NCBI RefSeq assembly: GCF_004010195.1
Contig: NC_057719.1
Span: 18,869,159-18,933,158, forward strand
From: Chiloscyllium plagiosum
Taxonomy: Eukaryota
DNA: 64,000 bases
Direction of reading: 5' to 3'
Part shown: positions 38,045-49,858 of the stretch, piece by piece
Layout: every line of letters starts with the position of its first letter
Position numbering within the stretch: the first letter of the stretch is position 1
Notes under the pieces: model-generated
Database searches by the model: none
Seen by the model: only the letters and a program-made list of their open reading frames with translations
Told to the model about the DNA's origin: nothing
Position numbers and translations under genes: made by a program

Positions 38045-39383
38045 AACATCTGGCTAACAAGAATACCTACTTCAGACTCCTATTTATCGACTACAGCTCC
38101 ACCTTCAACACCAAAATCCCTACTGGACTAATCTCAAAACTCCAAAACCTCGATCTGGGCTCCTCCCTCTGCAATTGGATCCTCAACTTCCTGATCCACA
38201 GACTGCAATCAGTGAAGATAGACAACAACACTTTCTCGGAGGAAGTGAGGGCTGCAGATGCTGGAGATCAGAGCTGAAAAATGTGTTGCTGGAAAAGCGC
38301 AGCAGGTCAGGCAGCATCCAAGGAGCAGGAGAATCGTTTTGGGCATTTCCTGAAGATGGGCTTATGCCCAAAACGTCGATTCTCCTGCTCCTTGGATGCT
38401 GCCTGACCTGCTGCGCTTTTCCAGCAAAACATTTTTCAACAACACTTTCTCCACAATAATCCTCAACACTGGAACCCCTCAAAGATGCATTCTCATTCCC
38501 TTACAGTACACTACAACTGTGCAACCAAATTCCATACCAATGCCATTTCAGGTTTCCTGACGATACCACTGTGGTTGGCTGGATATCAAACAACGATGAG
38601 TCAGAATACAGGAAGGAGATAGAGTGCTTGGTGACATGGTGCAACATTAACAATCTCTCTCCCAGTGTCAGCAAAACAAAAGAACTGATCATTGTCTTCA
38701 CAAAGAAAGGAGGACATGTCCCATCTACATCAATGGAGTTGAGGTAGAGAGGGTCGAGAGCGTCACGTTCCGAGAAGTGACAATAGCCAGCAATCCATCC
38801 TGGACCTCTCACATAGATGTGATAGTCATGAAGGCGCAACAATGTCTCTTCTTCCTCAGGCGACTGAGGAAATTCGGCAAGTCCACAAGGATCCTCACCA
38901 ATTTTACAAATGCACCATAGAAAGCATTCTATCTGGGTGCATGATGGCCTGGCATGGCAACTGCTCTGCTTAGGGACAGTCAGAAATTACAGAGAGTTGT
39001 GCGCACAGCCCAGACCATCACGGAAGCCAACCTCCCATCCATGGACTCCATTTACACTTCTCGTTGCCATGGCAAGGCTGCCAACATCATCAAAGATGCC
39101 TCCCACTCTGGTAATGTTTCTCTTGCACTCTGTTCCATCAGGCAGAAGACACAGAAGCTTGAACACATGCATTAACAGGATGAAGAACAGCTTCTTTCCT
39201 GCCGTTATTAGACTGCTGAACGGACCCCTCTAATTTTAAATATTGTTGATCTTGCTTTTGTGCACCTCCTGTGTAGCCGTAAGCTTTTATGCTTTGCTCT
39301 GTCTGAGCACCCAATGATCTGTATGTCTATGTTTGCTATGATGTGCCTGTATTGCTCGCAAAACAAAACTTTTCACTGTACTG
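38045..39383 (+). mobile_element. Rex1/Babar-like LINE RT relic
   Basis: Decayed [53 protein letters not shown]. Confidence 0.85.
38238..38436. mobile_element. Penelope-like family A inverted insertion
   Basis: 15-bp TSD caacaacactttctc (38223-38237, 38437-38451). Confidence 0.88.
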
Positions 39384-39910
39384 AGAAAGACTTCGAGCTT
39401 CCAGTTGTCTGCCACTTTAACACACCACCCTGTTCCCCAGCCAACATCTCTGTCTCAGGCTTGCTGCGGTGCTCCAGTGAAGCTCAGCACAAGCTCATTT
39501 TTCGATTGAGGATCCTGCAGCCCCTTCAGACTCAATATGGAGTTCAATAATTTTAGGCCCTGATCTCTCCCATATCCTAACCCCCCTACCCCACACACCA
39601 GGTCTTGTTATCACATAGTCTGCCATTACACATTACCTATTGTCAACCACTAACAGTCTTCAGTAACAGCTATTTACCCTCCCAGAAAAATTGTTATCTC
39701 CTCCCTTGTCTGCCCAACTGTTCTTCTCTGGCTTTAGACTCTATCCCCACCTATCGCTTATTCCTTACTCCCAATCTTGCATATATAAAATGACATTTTC
39801 CTAACTACCATCAGTTCTGAGGAAGGATCGCCGGGCCCAAAATGTTAACGTTGATTTCTCTTCATGGGAGCTGCCAGATCGGCTGAGCTTTTCAAGCAAC
39901 TTCTGTTTTT
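39384..39910 (+). mobile_element. Penelope-like family C 3' end
   Basis: DFELPVVCHFNTPPCS..HKLIFRLRILQP; decayed hammerhead gttCTGAGGA..aaatgtt near 39812-39850. Confidence 0.82.
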
Positions 39911-40713
39911 GAAATTGAATCCAATCCTTCCCTGAAGGTGTTCGTGAATCAGACAGGTTTTACCTGACAATCGAGACTGGTTCCATGATCATCGTTAGAC
40001 TTATAATTTCAGATTCTTATTGAATCCAAGTTCCACCATTTAACATGGAAGGAATCAAACCCAGGTCCCCATAACATTATCTGGATCTCCAAATTAAACA
40101 TCTAGCAATAATGCCACTCGGCCATCGCCTCCCCAAATCAATGCACTTCAATGAACTTCCAAGAATAATTTAATAAAACTGTACATAATATGCTTGTCAG
40201 CAAAGTTAAAGCCTGCATAATAAAAGTGACAGTGATTGCATAGAAATGAAATTGGCTATGTGACAGGAGGCGCAGAGCAGTGATGAATGGCTGTTTTCCG
40301 GTCTGGAGGCAACGATATGGTGCAGTTTCCCAGGGATTGGTTCAAGGACTACTGCTTTTTCTCACCTAAATTGACATTTTGTTTCCAGGGTGGGAGACAC
40401 AAGGCCAGACAGAATCTGAAGGTACCATTTGTTATCTGAATCTCACATTGAAGCTCAGCTTGTGGTTCTGTGCGTTTTGTTTATTTTCGTCTGTTATCTT
40501 ACAAAATACTTAATAAAGATAGACTTGAACCGGTAGCTTTACTAATAATGATGAAGTTCTTCTCCCTCCGCCCCCCCTCGAGTTGAAAAATGTTCAAGTC
40601 ACGATATTTTATCAATCCATATACAATGTATTAACTCTTTTATATCATTTTTGGTGATGTGAGATTGCCTTAACCCCGGTATCTGTTTGTTGGTTTTTAA
40701 TAACTTTAGCTTT

Positions 40714-41001
40714 AGGGTGGCATGGTGGCTAGCACTGCTGCCTCATAGCACCAGGGTCCCAGGTTCAATTCCAGCCTCAGGCGACTGTCTGTGTGGAGTT
40801 TGTACATTCTCCCCGTGTCTGCGTGGGTTTCCTCCCCCAGTTCAAAAATGTGCAGATCAGGTGAATTGGCCATGCTAAATTGCCCATAGGTTAGGTGTGT
40901 TAGTCAGGGGGAAATGGATCTAGGTGGGTTACTCTTTAGAGGGCTGGTGTGGAGTTTTTGGACCGAAGGGCCTGTTTCTACACTATAGAGAATCTGATCT
41001 A
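40714..41001 (+). mobile_element. HE1-type V-SINE
   Basis: tRNA-like head plus V-domain ctgtgtggagtttgtacattctccccgtgtctgcgtgggtttcctcc. Confidence 0.9.
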
Positions 41002-41072
41002 ATAACTTTGTCAATTGATGTGATTACATGCGTCAATAGTTCATTTAATGGATTTCGTGTCTAATTCAGAAT

Positions 41073-41210
41073 GCAGTTTTGAAGAAGTCATACTGCACCT
41101 GAACATTAATTCTGTTTTTCTCTCCACAGATACTGCCTAAACCTATTGGGTTTATCCAGTATTTTCTGTGTTTGTTTCAGATATTCAACATCTGCCATAT
41201 TTTGAATTTA
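41073..41210 (+). mobile_element. Old Penelope-like family C terminal fragment
   Basis: cagttttgaagaagtcata..tctctccacagatactgcc..ttcagatattcaacatctgc. Confidence 0.6.
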
Positions 41211-41258
41211 TTTTGAATAATATTTCATTGAGTCTAGGGAGAACAGGATCAATCAAGC

Positions 41259-41494
41259 TGTAGTGATTGTAATGAGGTCAGCCAGGTGGTCCTCATAGAA
41301 TATGAGTTCCCTGATTGGGGCTGTTAATCTGGTCCAAAAAGGAAGCCCTGGCTAACAGATAAGAACAGGAGTGTCAGAGGTTCTGTTCACTCTGAGAGCT
41401 GGCTCTGAGGAAGCTGGATCAGTGGCAAGCACTCTCCATGTGTAAATAAAAGGTGACTTGGTGACAGGATGCCAGCCTCGATAGAATTATTTCA
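41259..41494 (+). mobile_element. Solo LTR (236 bp)
   Basis: TG...CA termini, 5-bp TSD caagc (41254-41258, 41495-41499), AATAAA signal; second copy at 52914. Confidence 0.85.
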
Positions 41495-43168
41495 CAAGCT
41501 GTGAAATGCATTTCAGGTGGCATGAATCATGTATGCACAACAGAATCTGAAGGAGAAAAGATGTGTATAAAAGAACACAAGGCGATGCAACGAAACAGAT
41601 TGAAACATAACATATTAGGATCGATCATGCTGTTTTCCTATCCGGAGAGTCGATGGGAAATATCAACATTGATTTCCATAATCTATTGCTTGATATTATA
41701 TGCATGATGGATTCCCCGAAGTTACAATGTAGTCTTGCTATACCCAAATGGAATGGTGAAACTGAGCCATTGACAGGATAACTTGGGGCTAGATATCACT
41801 GACACAGCAAATCTGCAACACATCTGGGGAAAACGATTTGTTGCATCTTACTTCATCTATTCAGAATCCTGGATTGTAATATTTCTATAATAATTCTACA
41901 AATTAGCTTACTTGAAAATCCATTCATCTGTTGGCCATGATTTGCATGATGGCAAATTTATGAATATCTATCTAAAATGTTGGCAATCACTTTATTTGAA
42001 AGAATGCATTTACCAAACCAGATTTTTTCTTCACTTCTCTGATTTATTTCCATATATTAATAAAATGCAGTCTATTGCTGCAAAATATGACTGACTTTAA
42101 TATACACTTATTTTGGAGTAGTTTATGAAATATTTCCCTTTTACTAATGTACCATCAAACTCAACCTTATTTTAATACCTAAATGCTCCTTCAAAACCTG
42201 GAAGGATTAAAAGGAGGAAATGTATGGGAATGCTATTGCCTGCAAGTTCCTCTTCAAGTTTTATACCATCTTGACTTGAGAAGTATATCAAAATCTTTCA
42301 CTTTGGCTGGATCATAATTCTGCAGCTCTATAGGAGCTCTGTGGATGTACCTACATCACATGGTTTCAGCAATTCAAGTTTTCCCTAGCTTAGCAAATAT
42401 TTTAAAGGAAGTAGATCCAGTAACTGCTCGTCCAAGACATATCTACGATCTGCACAGTTGGTCAGTACTGAAAATGGTTTCCCAAAGCCATTATGAGGTA
42501 TCAATTAGATTTCTTATATTAAGGCTGTCATGCAGTGTGTGCCCACCTGCAGGTCCCACAAAGCTCCAGTTCAGAGATGGCATGATAACAACAAGTATTT
42601 TTCATAACCAGCAGGGACAATGCAAAACTGAAGGTTTATTCCCTGATAATTGCCTTCATCTTTCTTTAAATTGAGGAACTGCATGAACACAAGTCTCGAG
42701 AAAATGTGTTTGCCACACATAACAGTTGAAGCAATCCTCCATGTCAAAGGAAATCAAGTCACATACTGATCTGCCTCATGCCAGATAACTCACCCATGAA
42801 AACAATTAAATATTGTAGTACATATGTGAATTAATTTGAACCATTTCTGAGGGATATGATAAGGCACTACACCAATGCAAGTCTTTCAATTTTCCTTTCC
42901 AGTATCTATCAGAAATATAACATCTTTATCAGTACAAATTGCAGGACGTAAGAAAATGTCATTTTAAGTGTTTTTCTTTTTGTAATATCAGCCACTCTGT
43001 AAAATTACAGTTGCATACTTGATCAGAAATGCATATAAAATAGAGAAAACACAAATAAGGTTGATTAGAAATAAATTAATAACGTGCTTTGCATGAGTGA
43101 AATATGTGCATATTAACACACATAGAAACCTGATACTTGTTTAACATAAGACCAATCCTTTGCGCTAT

Positions 43169-43387
43169 GCATGATTTGGAGATGCCGGTGTTGGACTGGG
43201 GTGTACAAAGTTAAAAATCACACAACACCAGGCTATAGTGCAACAGGTTTATTTGGAAACACTAGCTTTCGGAGCGCTGCTGCTTCATCAGGTAGTTGTG
43301 AGGTATGTACTCCACACATCCTGATGAAGGAGCAGGGCTCCAAACGCTGGAGTGTTGGACTATAACCTGGTGTTGTGTGATTTTTAA
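43169..43387. mobile_element. Penelope-like family B inverted insertion with hammerhead motifs
   Basis: Inverted arms; minus CTGATGAagcagcagcgctccGAAAgCTA (43260-43291); plus ctgatgaaggagc at 43321; TSD ctttgc(g/a)ctat. Confidence 0.85.
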
Positions 43388-43559
43388 CTTTGCACTATTC
43401 AACAGTTAACTCAGTAGGTTTAGAAGCAGTAGCCTCATATTCTCTTTTTGAATAGGAATTCATGTTAAAAAAATGCCATGGTTTTCTGTTGCCAAGGAAA
43501 ACCTGCACAAATTTGCATTTTGTTTTTGCAATTTAGAAACTCAAGGGCAATATAATCAA

Positions 43560-43880
43560 AGTTTGCTAGCTTTTAAGGATAACTGAAAGGGTGAAAAGAC
43601 AAAAACTAATTCTACTGATTAGGGAGCCTGGGATGAGAGTGTAAAAAATCCTAAAAATTGGAGCCAGCCCAATCAAATCAGGAGTAACATGTCTCCACAC
43701 ACAAGAAGTGGTAGGATTTTGGGACTCTCTTCTACAAACAGTAGTTGATGCCAAATCAGTTTTTCATTTTAGATCTGTGATTGTTAACCAAAAATATGAA
43801 TGGATATGGAGCAAGATCACAAATAAGTCATAATCTCATTAAATGACAAAACAGGCTTGAGGCCTTGAACTATTCTGTTC
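43560..43880 (+). mobile_element. Old CR1 3' fragment
   Basis: gtggtaggattttgggactctcttctacaaacagtagttgatgcc; CR1-like 3' UTR. Confidence 0.5.
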
Positions 43881-45799
43881 TCATTTTCCATCACTGGCAA
43901 TCTTTTCTACACTATCAGTAAAATAAAATCTTAAATTGCTTTTTCTTTTGTCAATTTTAACTTGAAAATGCCCCAATTGCTGGAATCCTGTGCCTGATGT
44001 CTGACATCTTAACGCTGTTAAACATTTTCAAGGCTTCTACCAAGTCCTTCTTTGTCCTTGGTATATTTTTGTTAAAATGCTCTGCTTAGTTAATTTGCAA
44101 AATCTGAGCATGATGAACCTCCTCTGATAACTCATCAGTCTATGTACATTCTTCAATAATGTGCATATAAATATACTTTTGGTTGCAACACCAAATTTAT
44201 AAGTTAGTGCTCACACTGGTAACTCATTCATATAGAAGTTAATTTATAAAAGAAGAGGCAAGATAAGTGGCAGCAATTTTTTTTCATATTCTCTATCAGG
44301 AATAGGCAACCTATTGTAAAAAAGTAATTCATGGGATTTGGGTGCAACTGGTTGAGCCAATATTTATTGCCCATCCCTGGTTGTCCTTGAGAAGCTGGTT
44401 GTCTTCTTGAACCACAGAAGTCCACTTCATCTCGATATACTCACAATGACATTAAGGAGGGTATGCCAGATATTGACTCAGTGACACTGAAGGTGCAGCG
44501 ACATTTTCCTTTTAAGATTTCATTTTAAGAGCTTCAGCAGCCTTTCGATAGTTGAGCATTCCCTTTCTCAGGAATTTCTAAACATATCTACCCCATAAGA
44601 GCCTGTGAGGTACAAACTAATCTTTGGGGTTGGTGTACAGCCAGTGGATTTAGATTGCCGACCTCTATATTCCCAGTCCAACACCGGCATCTTCAATGTA
44701 TTCCCTGTTCAACGTGGAATTATAGTAACAATCATAAATAAAGCTGGATATGGGTATGTGGTGTAATACAGGCAACCATTCCACTATTGCCCAATTTATT
44801 TATTGCCCACTCCCCATACCCAGTAACATAAATTTATGTCATTTATGAAGCAGTACCAGGATGCATGGCATACTTTTTTGTGCACTAGGCAGCACTGTCT
44901 GATTATTTGTATTCATTTAGCGCATTTATTTCAGAGTCATCTATATGGAGACAAAAATAGCCATTATGACTTGTTATAATGAGTGAAATTGTGCTTAACA
45001 TTGTTCCTGAAAAAGCATCAGCAACAACAATCATAAATAATTAAGCCCAACCAATTAGGAGCAAATTTATTTAAAAGCCATTTTAATCCCTGTACAGATA
45101 TTTGTCTGTTTATTTTTATGCTACCGAATTTAATTAAATATGTGTTTCAGAACTATACAGATTAGGGATCTATGCAAAGTGCATGCTCTATTAATTATAG
45201 ATAAAAATAATTTTCCAAAGTAAGTTACAATTTAAGGCATGTCTTATTGTACAATTTTGCACTTGCATTTCTGATTCCAGTGGGAGATAGCAATGTTTGA
45301 ATGTCTTTGCATCATATTCCATGGAATGCATATGAAATGATAATATTGAAAACACATTCTCTTCTCCCGTTTTAAGAGGGTTTGCACTCACTACTCAAAA
45401 GTACAAGAATTTGCAGAGTTTCCTTAAACTAATGCTATCCATAACATGGTTGATTGTCCAAAATACACTGTGAGACTTGATGCAAGGCCAATTTGTGATT
45501 CAGAAATAGTTGTAAAATTGAGCTATTTCCTTTCAAATCTAACTGATTGAGAAGTGTGAAATAAGACAAATTAATCAAAATGTATCTAGTTCACTGACCA
45601 CCTAGAGTGAGGAAATTGGCCATCCTTACTCTGTTTGGCCTACATGTCATCCAAATTGGCAGCAATGCAGTTGAGTCTTAACGGTCCTCAGAAATGACCT
45701 AACAAGCTATTCAGTTGAAGGGCAATTAATGATGAGCAATCAATGCTTGTCTTGCCATGAATGAATAAGGAAATAAACTCAATTAATGAGAAAAGGCAA

Positions 45800-46238
45800 A
45801 GACATGCATTAATTTAATTATTGCAGGACATCTCAAAGCACTTTATAGACAACTAGGTAGCTTTGATGTGTCATATGTGGGGAAACACAGCAGTCAGCTT
45901 ACAAACAGCAAGGTTCCACAAACCATGAGATAAATAAACCTAAGTTTTGTATTTTCAGTGGTTTTAGTTGAGGGGCAAATATTAGACAAAACACCAAGGT
46001 GAACTATTTGAAAGTGTAATGAAAACTTTTATACATCCTTGAGATGGCAGAGAGTTGATGTGCACCCCATCCAAAAGTGACACTCTTCACCTCCCAGCCC
46101 ACATGGGTGTCACCCCCACCCATCTCAGTACTGCAGTGGATTGTCAGATTGAATTGAGGGGATTAAATCCTTGGAGTCATGGAGTCACAATCTGCTGAGA
46201 TGGAAGCTATTATAATGCTACCTCTGAACCAAGGCTGA
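45800..46238 (-). mobile_element. Deu-domain SINE
   Basis: caggacatctcaaagcacttta tail, gttgaggggcaaatatt, catccaaaag, ctcagtactgcagtgg, tgaaccaaggctga head. Confidence 0.7.
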
Positions 46239-48276
46239 AATGATTTGAATTGAAAGTGAAATGCCATATTGTTTTACAACGTATTACAAAGGATCTACAA
46301 CAAAGAAATAACTATGAAAGTCTTCTCCTATCCCTTCATCCCTCATCAGGACAACCTTTTACACTTTTTACTCTCAGGTATTTATCTAGCTTCCTAAATT
46401 TATCTATGCTATTCATCTAAATTTACTGTTGTAACAGTCCCACATTCTGACCACTATGGGTAAATGAAGGATTTATATAAAAGAAAATGTAATGCAGCAA
46501 ATTGGTAAAATCTTTTTGACACACTTTCCTATTCAACAACCCAGACCACCTGGCATTACAATGTAGTAGTGTAAGCCATTTCCACCTGCAAAATCCCCAC
46601 CAAGTCATAACCATCCTGACCCGAAAATGTATTACATTTCTTCACTGGAGCTAGATCAAAATCCCAGAATTTCTAACTTAGCAGCACAATGAGAATCTCT
46701 TCACCTCATGCAATACAGCAGTTTAAGAAGGCAGCTCAACCCCACCTTGGAAAATGACAATTAAAGATGGGAAACAAACCTGTCCTAACCAGTGATTCCC
46801 ATATTCTACTCCATAAAAAACTAAAAAAGCACAAATTCACTTTCCAGACATGCTCAATCATATTTCTGAGCAAAGACTCCATTATTTTTCCCATTACTGA
46901 TATCAAGCTAAGAAGAAAAATCATGCTGGACTTCAAATGTTAATTCTCTTTCTCTTCCCATGGATGCTACCAGAACAGCTGACTTTCCCCACGACTTTCT
47001 GTTTTTACTAGGGGATGCTATCACACCCCTGGTTGCACTACCATTTTATATGATACACTCTTCACCTCCCAGCCCACATGGGAAAATTGGATGAAATTCC
47101 ACCCATTGATTCTCTGTTGAATTCTTTGACTTGAACTACACACTATCAAAGTTAATTAGCAATCTGATTTACTGAATCCAGACTTGCTTAATCCAATGAA
47201 TACTTTCACAAGGACAACACTGAGCTTCACATCTCATGCAAGAGAACACATCTCAAAGTGAATGAGATGCAGTAGAAAAAGTGGGCAAATTGGATGGCAC
47301 AGATTTTAAAAAGGCCAAATGACAAGGAACGCATTGGCACAGGGACACTGCCACTTGCAAGTTCCTCTCCAGAAACAGAACATCCTAACTTTAATGGCCA
47401 GATAGTCACTTCTGTAGCATAAGTGGCAGCTGCATGTCAGGATATAGTGGAATTCTTGATGCATTCTAAGGGATTTGACTGACAAATAGAACATTCTGCT
47501 AGTAATTCCCCTATACCTGCAAACCCCCTGAATGTATCTATCAAACTTCAGAATTTGGAGAGTCCCACTGCCGTTAAGTAAATTGTTTCTCAGCAAAAGT
47601 TAGACAATTAAAAACTTAAGACTAACTTCTGGGTAACTATTAAACTAAAGGCTCCAACTTAACATACAAGTACCAGTTACACCTCCACGAGATCCCTTAC
47701 ACATACTTCAGCCGGCTCTTAACTGATACCTTCCCCCAAGGACCCAACAACTCTCTCACCTGCTTCTCATGGGATCTGAAACTCCAAGTTCGCACAAGAG
47801 TTGACACCCACCACTCCTCACTGTTGTCAGACCTGATGTCCTCTCCTCCCCAGACCACCCAACCCCCTCACCTGATATAATCTCCCCTAAACACACCATC
47901 ACCTACCTAGTCCCATTCCCACCTTACTCACCTGGCACCTTAACAGTCACCCGTCTAGAACTCTACTTATCTGTCACACTCCCCACCTGGCATCCTGTTA
48001 CTCTACCCCCACCCATCTGGAACTCTATATATTTGGCCCCTGGCACTCTGTTCACCCTAATCTTACATTTACCTCACTTTCACAGGAACCATCAAATTAG
48101 CTGTCAATAGTGCTAGATATTTAACTCACAGAATATGGCAACTATTACAGTGAAAACCCTGATTTCCCACTGACTGTCCTGCCTTTGTCACATTTAAAGT
48201 GCACCTCATATATATGAAGACAGCCTGATTGGAATTTCCTATCAGAAATGAGGATCTTAGTTTTAATGCAAAGAAG

Positions 48277-48585
48277 TGGGTGGCACGGTGGCTCAATGGT
48301 TTGCACTACTGCCTCACAGCACCAGGGACCCAGGTTTGATTCCAGCCTCGGGTGACTGTCTGTGGAGTTTGCACATTCTCCCTGTGTCTGCGTGGGTTTC
48401 CTCTGGTACCTCTGGTTTCCTCCCACAGTCCAAAGATGTGCAGGTCAGGTGAATTGGCCATGAGAAATTGGTGTTAGGCGCATTAGTCAGATGGAAATGG
48501 GTCTGGGTGGGTTACTCTTTGGAGGGTCGGTGTGGACTTGTTGGGCTGAAGAGCCTGTTTCCACACTGTAGGGGAATTTAATCAA
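48277..48585 (+). mobile_element. HE1-type V-SINE
   Basis: Head, V-domain and 3' region match the other copies. Confidence 0.92.
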
Positions 48586-48758
48586 AAAAGTAGCAGTAGA
48601 GTGGTGATCTGACTGTGACTGCCACTCTTTGGAAACTTCATCTCTATATCATTGTTCCCTCACTGTCGCTGAGTCAAACATCATATAATTCCCTTCCCAA
48701 AGATGTGTGGATGCACCAACACCACAATGGACAATAGGGGCTCAAGAAGAAGGGTCAA

Positions 48759-48963
48759 GTCTAGAGTGGTGCTGGAAAAGCACAGCAGGTCAGGCAGCAT
48801 CTGGGGTACAGAAAAATTGATGTTTCGGGCAAAAACCCTTCATCGGGAATTTTGTCCGTAACATCGATTTTCCTGTTCCTCGGATGCTGCCTGACCTGCT
48901 GTGTTTTTCTAGCACTACTCCATTCTTGACTCTAATCTCCAGCATCTGCAGTACCCATTTCCA
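48759..48963. mobile_element. Penelope-like family A inverted insertion inside an L2/CR1 3' fragment
   Basis: 18-bp TSD ctcaagaagaagg(g/t)tcaa (48741-48758, 48964-48981). Confidence 0.85.
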
Positions 48964-49295
48964 CTCAAGAAGAAGGTTCAACCCATCTTCTCAAGAACAA
49001 TTAAGAACTGACACCAAATAGTGCCCTTGCCAGTGATGTTCACATTTCATGAAAGAAAACAAAATAATTAGAGGAAAGTACATTTTGGAGTCTTCTTAAG
49101 GTAGTAGCAAGGTACAAAGACAAAATGGTTTAGGAATGTGATTCTAAATTAAAGGAGATAATAACTGAAAAGCCAGTATCTGCAAGAGGAAAACAGCAAC
49201 AATCAATGTCAGAGAAATGCAGTGTAAATGTGGTGATCTAGAATTGCAAAATGCCAGATTTTAACGTGTTTCGAAAAGGCAGGTTCATACAGGAT

Positions 49296-49333
49296 CATTC
49301 CTGATGAAGGGCTTTTGCCCGAAACGTCGATTC
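49296..49333 (+). ncRNA. Minimal type I hammerhead ribozyme motif
   Basis: cattc-CTGATGA(49301)-agggc-tttt-gccc-GAAAC(49321)-GTC-gattc; intact core and stem II. Confidence 0.75.
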
Positions 49334-49426
49334 TCTTGCTCCTAGGATGCTGCCTTACCTGCTGTGCTTTTCCAGCACCACACTCTCGACTCTAATCTCC
49401 AGCATCTGCAGTCCTCACTTTATCCT
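49296..49426 (+). mobile_element. Penelope-like family A ~130-nt unit
   Basis: Runs from the hammerhead to the long terminus ctgcagtcctcactttatcct; TSD aggatcat (49291-49298, 49427-49434). Confidence 0.88.
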
Positions 49427-49744
49427 AGGATCATACTACAGTCTAGGATTTCCCTGTTATGTTCCCATGACACTGTAATTTGTCCCTAAAATTAGACAAT
49501 TTAGCACAGAATTAATTCCCAATGTAAAACATCTTTGTGGTTTATCCATTAGTGCTGAACTGTATTGAGTTCAGAAAGATTTTGGGCTAGCCCTGTACTT
49601 AAGTCAAATGAGTTTGAGACACCCAAAAAATTCTCCAGGAAGAAATCCCCAGCCAATGTAAATTACAGTTTATAGAAGTGAAGTAATGGCTTGGTTATTT
49701 TTCCAGACAGTTGCTTCACTTTTCAAGATACCTCTTTTAACTTT

Positions 49745-49858
49745 GATTTGGACTGTGGTGTACAAAGTTAAAAATCACACAACACCAGGTTATAGTCCAA
49801 CAGATTTAACTGGACGCACTAGCTTTCAGAGCGCTGCTCCTTCATTAGCTGGTTGTGG
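49745..49858 (-). mobile_element. Penelope-like family B fragment
   Basis: ttggactgtggtgtacaaagttaaaaatcacacaacacc..ctttcagagcgctgctccttcattag. Confidence 0.8.

Larger units (their letters stand above)
37903..40133 (-). mobile_element. SINE (ggttcactaatg family) split by a Rex1 and PLEs: 37903-38044 and 39926-40133
   Basis: The 3' half ends gatggcagtttc and the sequence resumes ccttccctgaagg..gccatcgcctcccc. Confidence 0.75.

Noticed and set aside
47600..48080. C-rich, strand-biased segment as a distinct element
   Set aside because: Low-complexity and without defined ends; I could not classify it.
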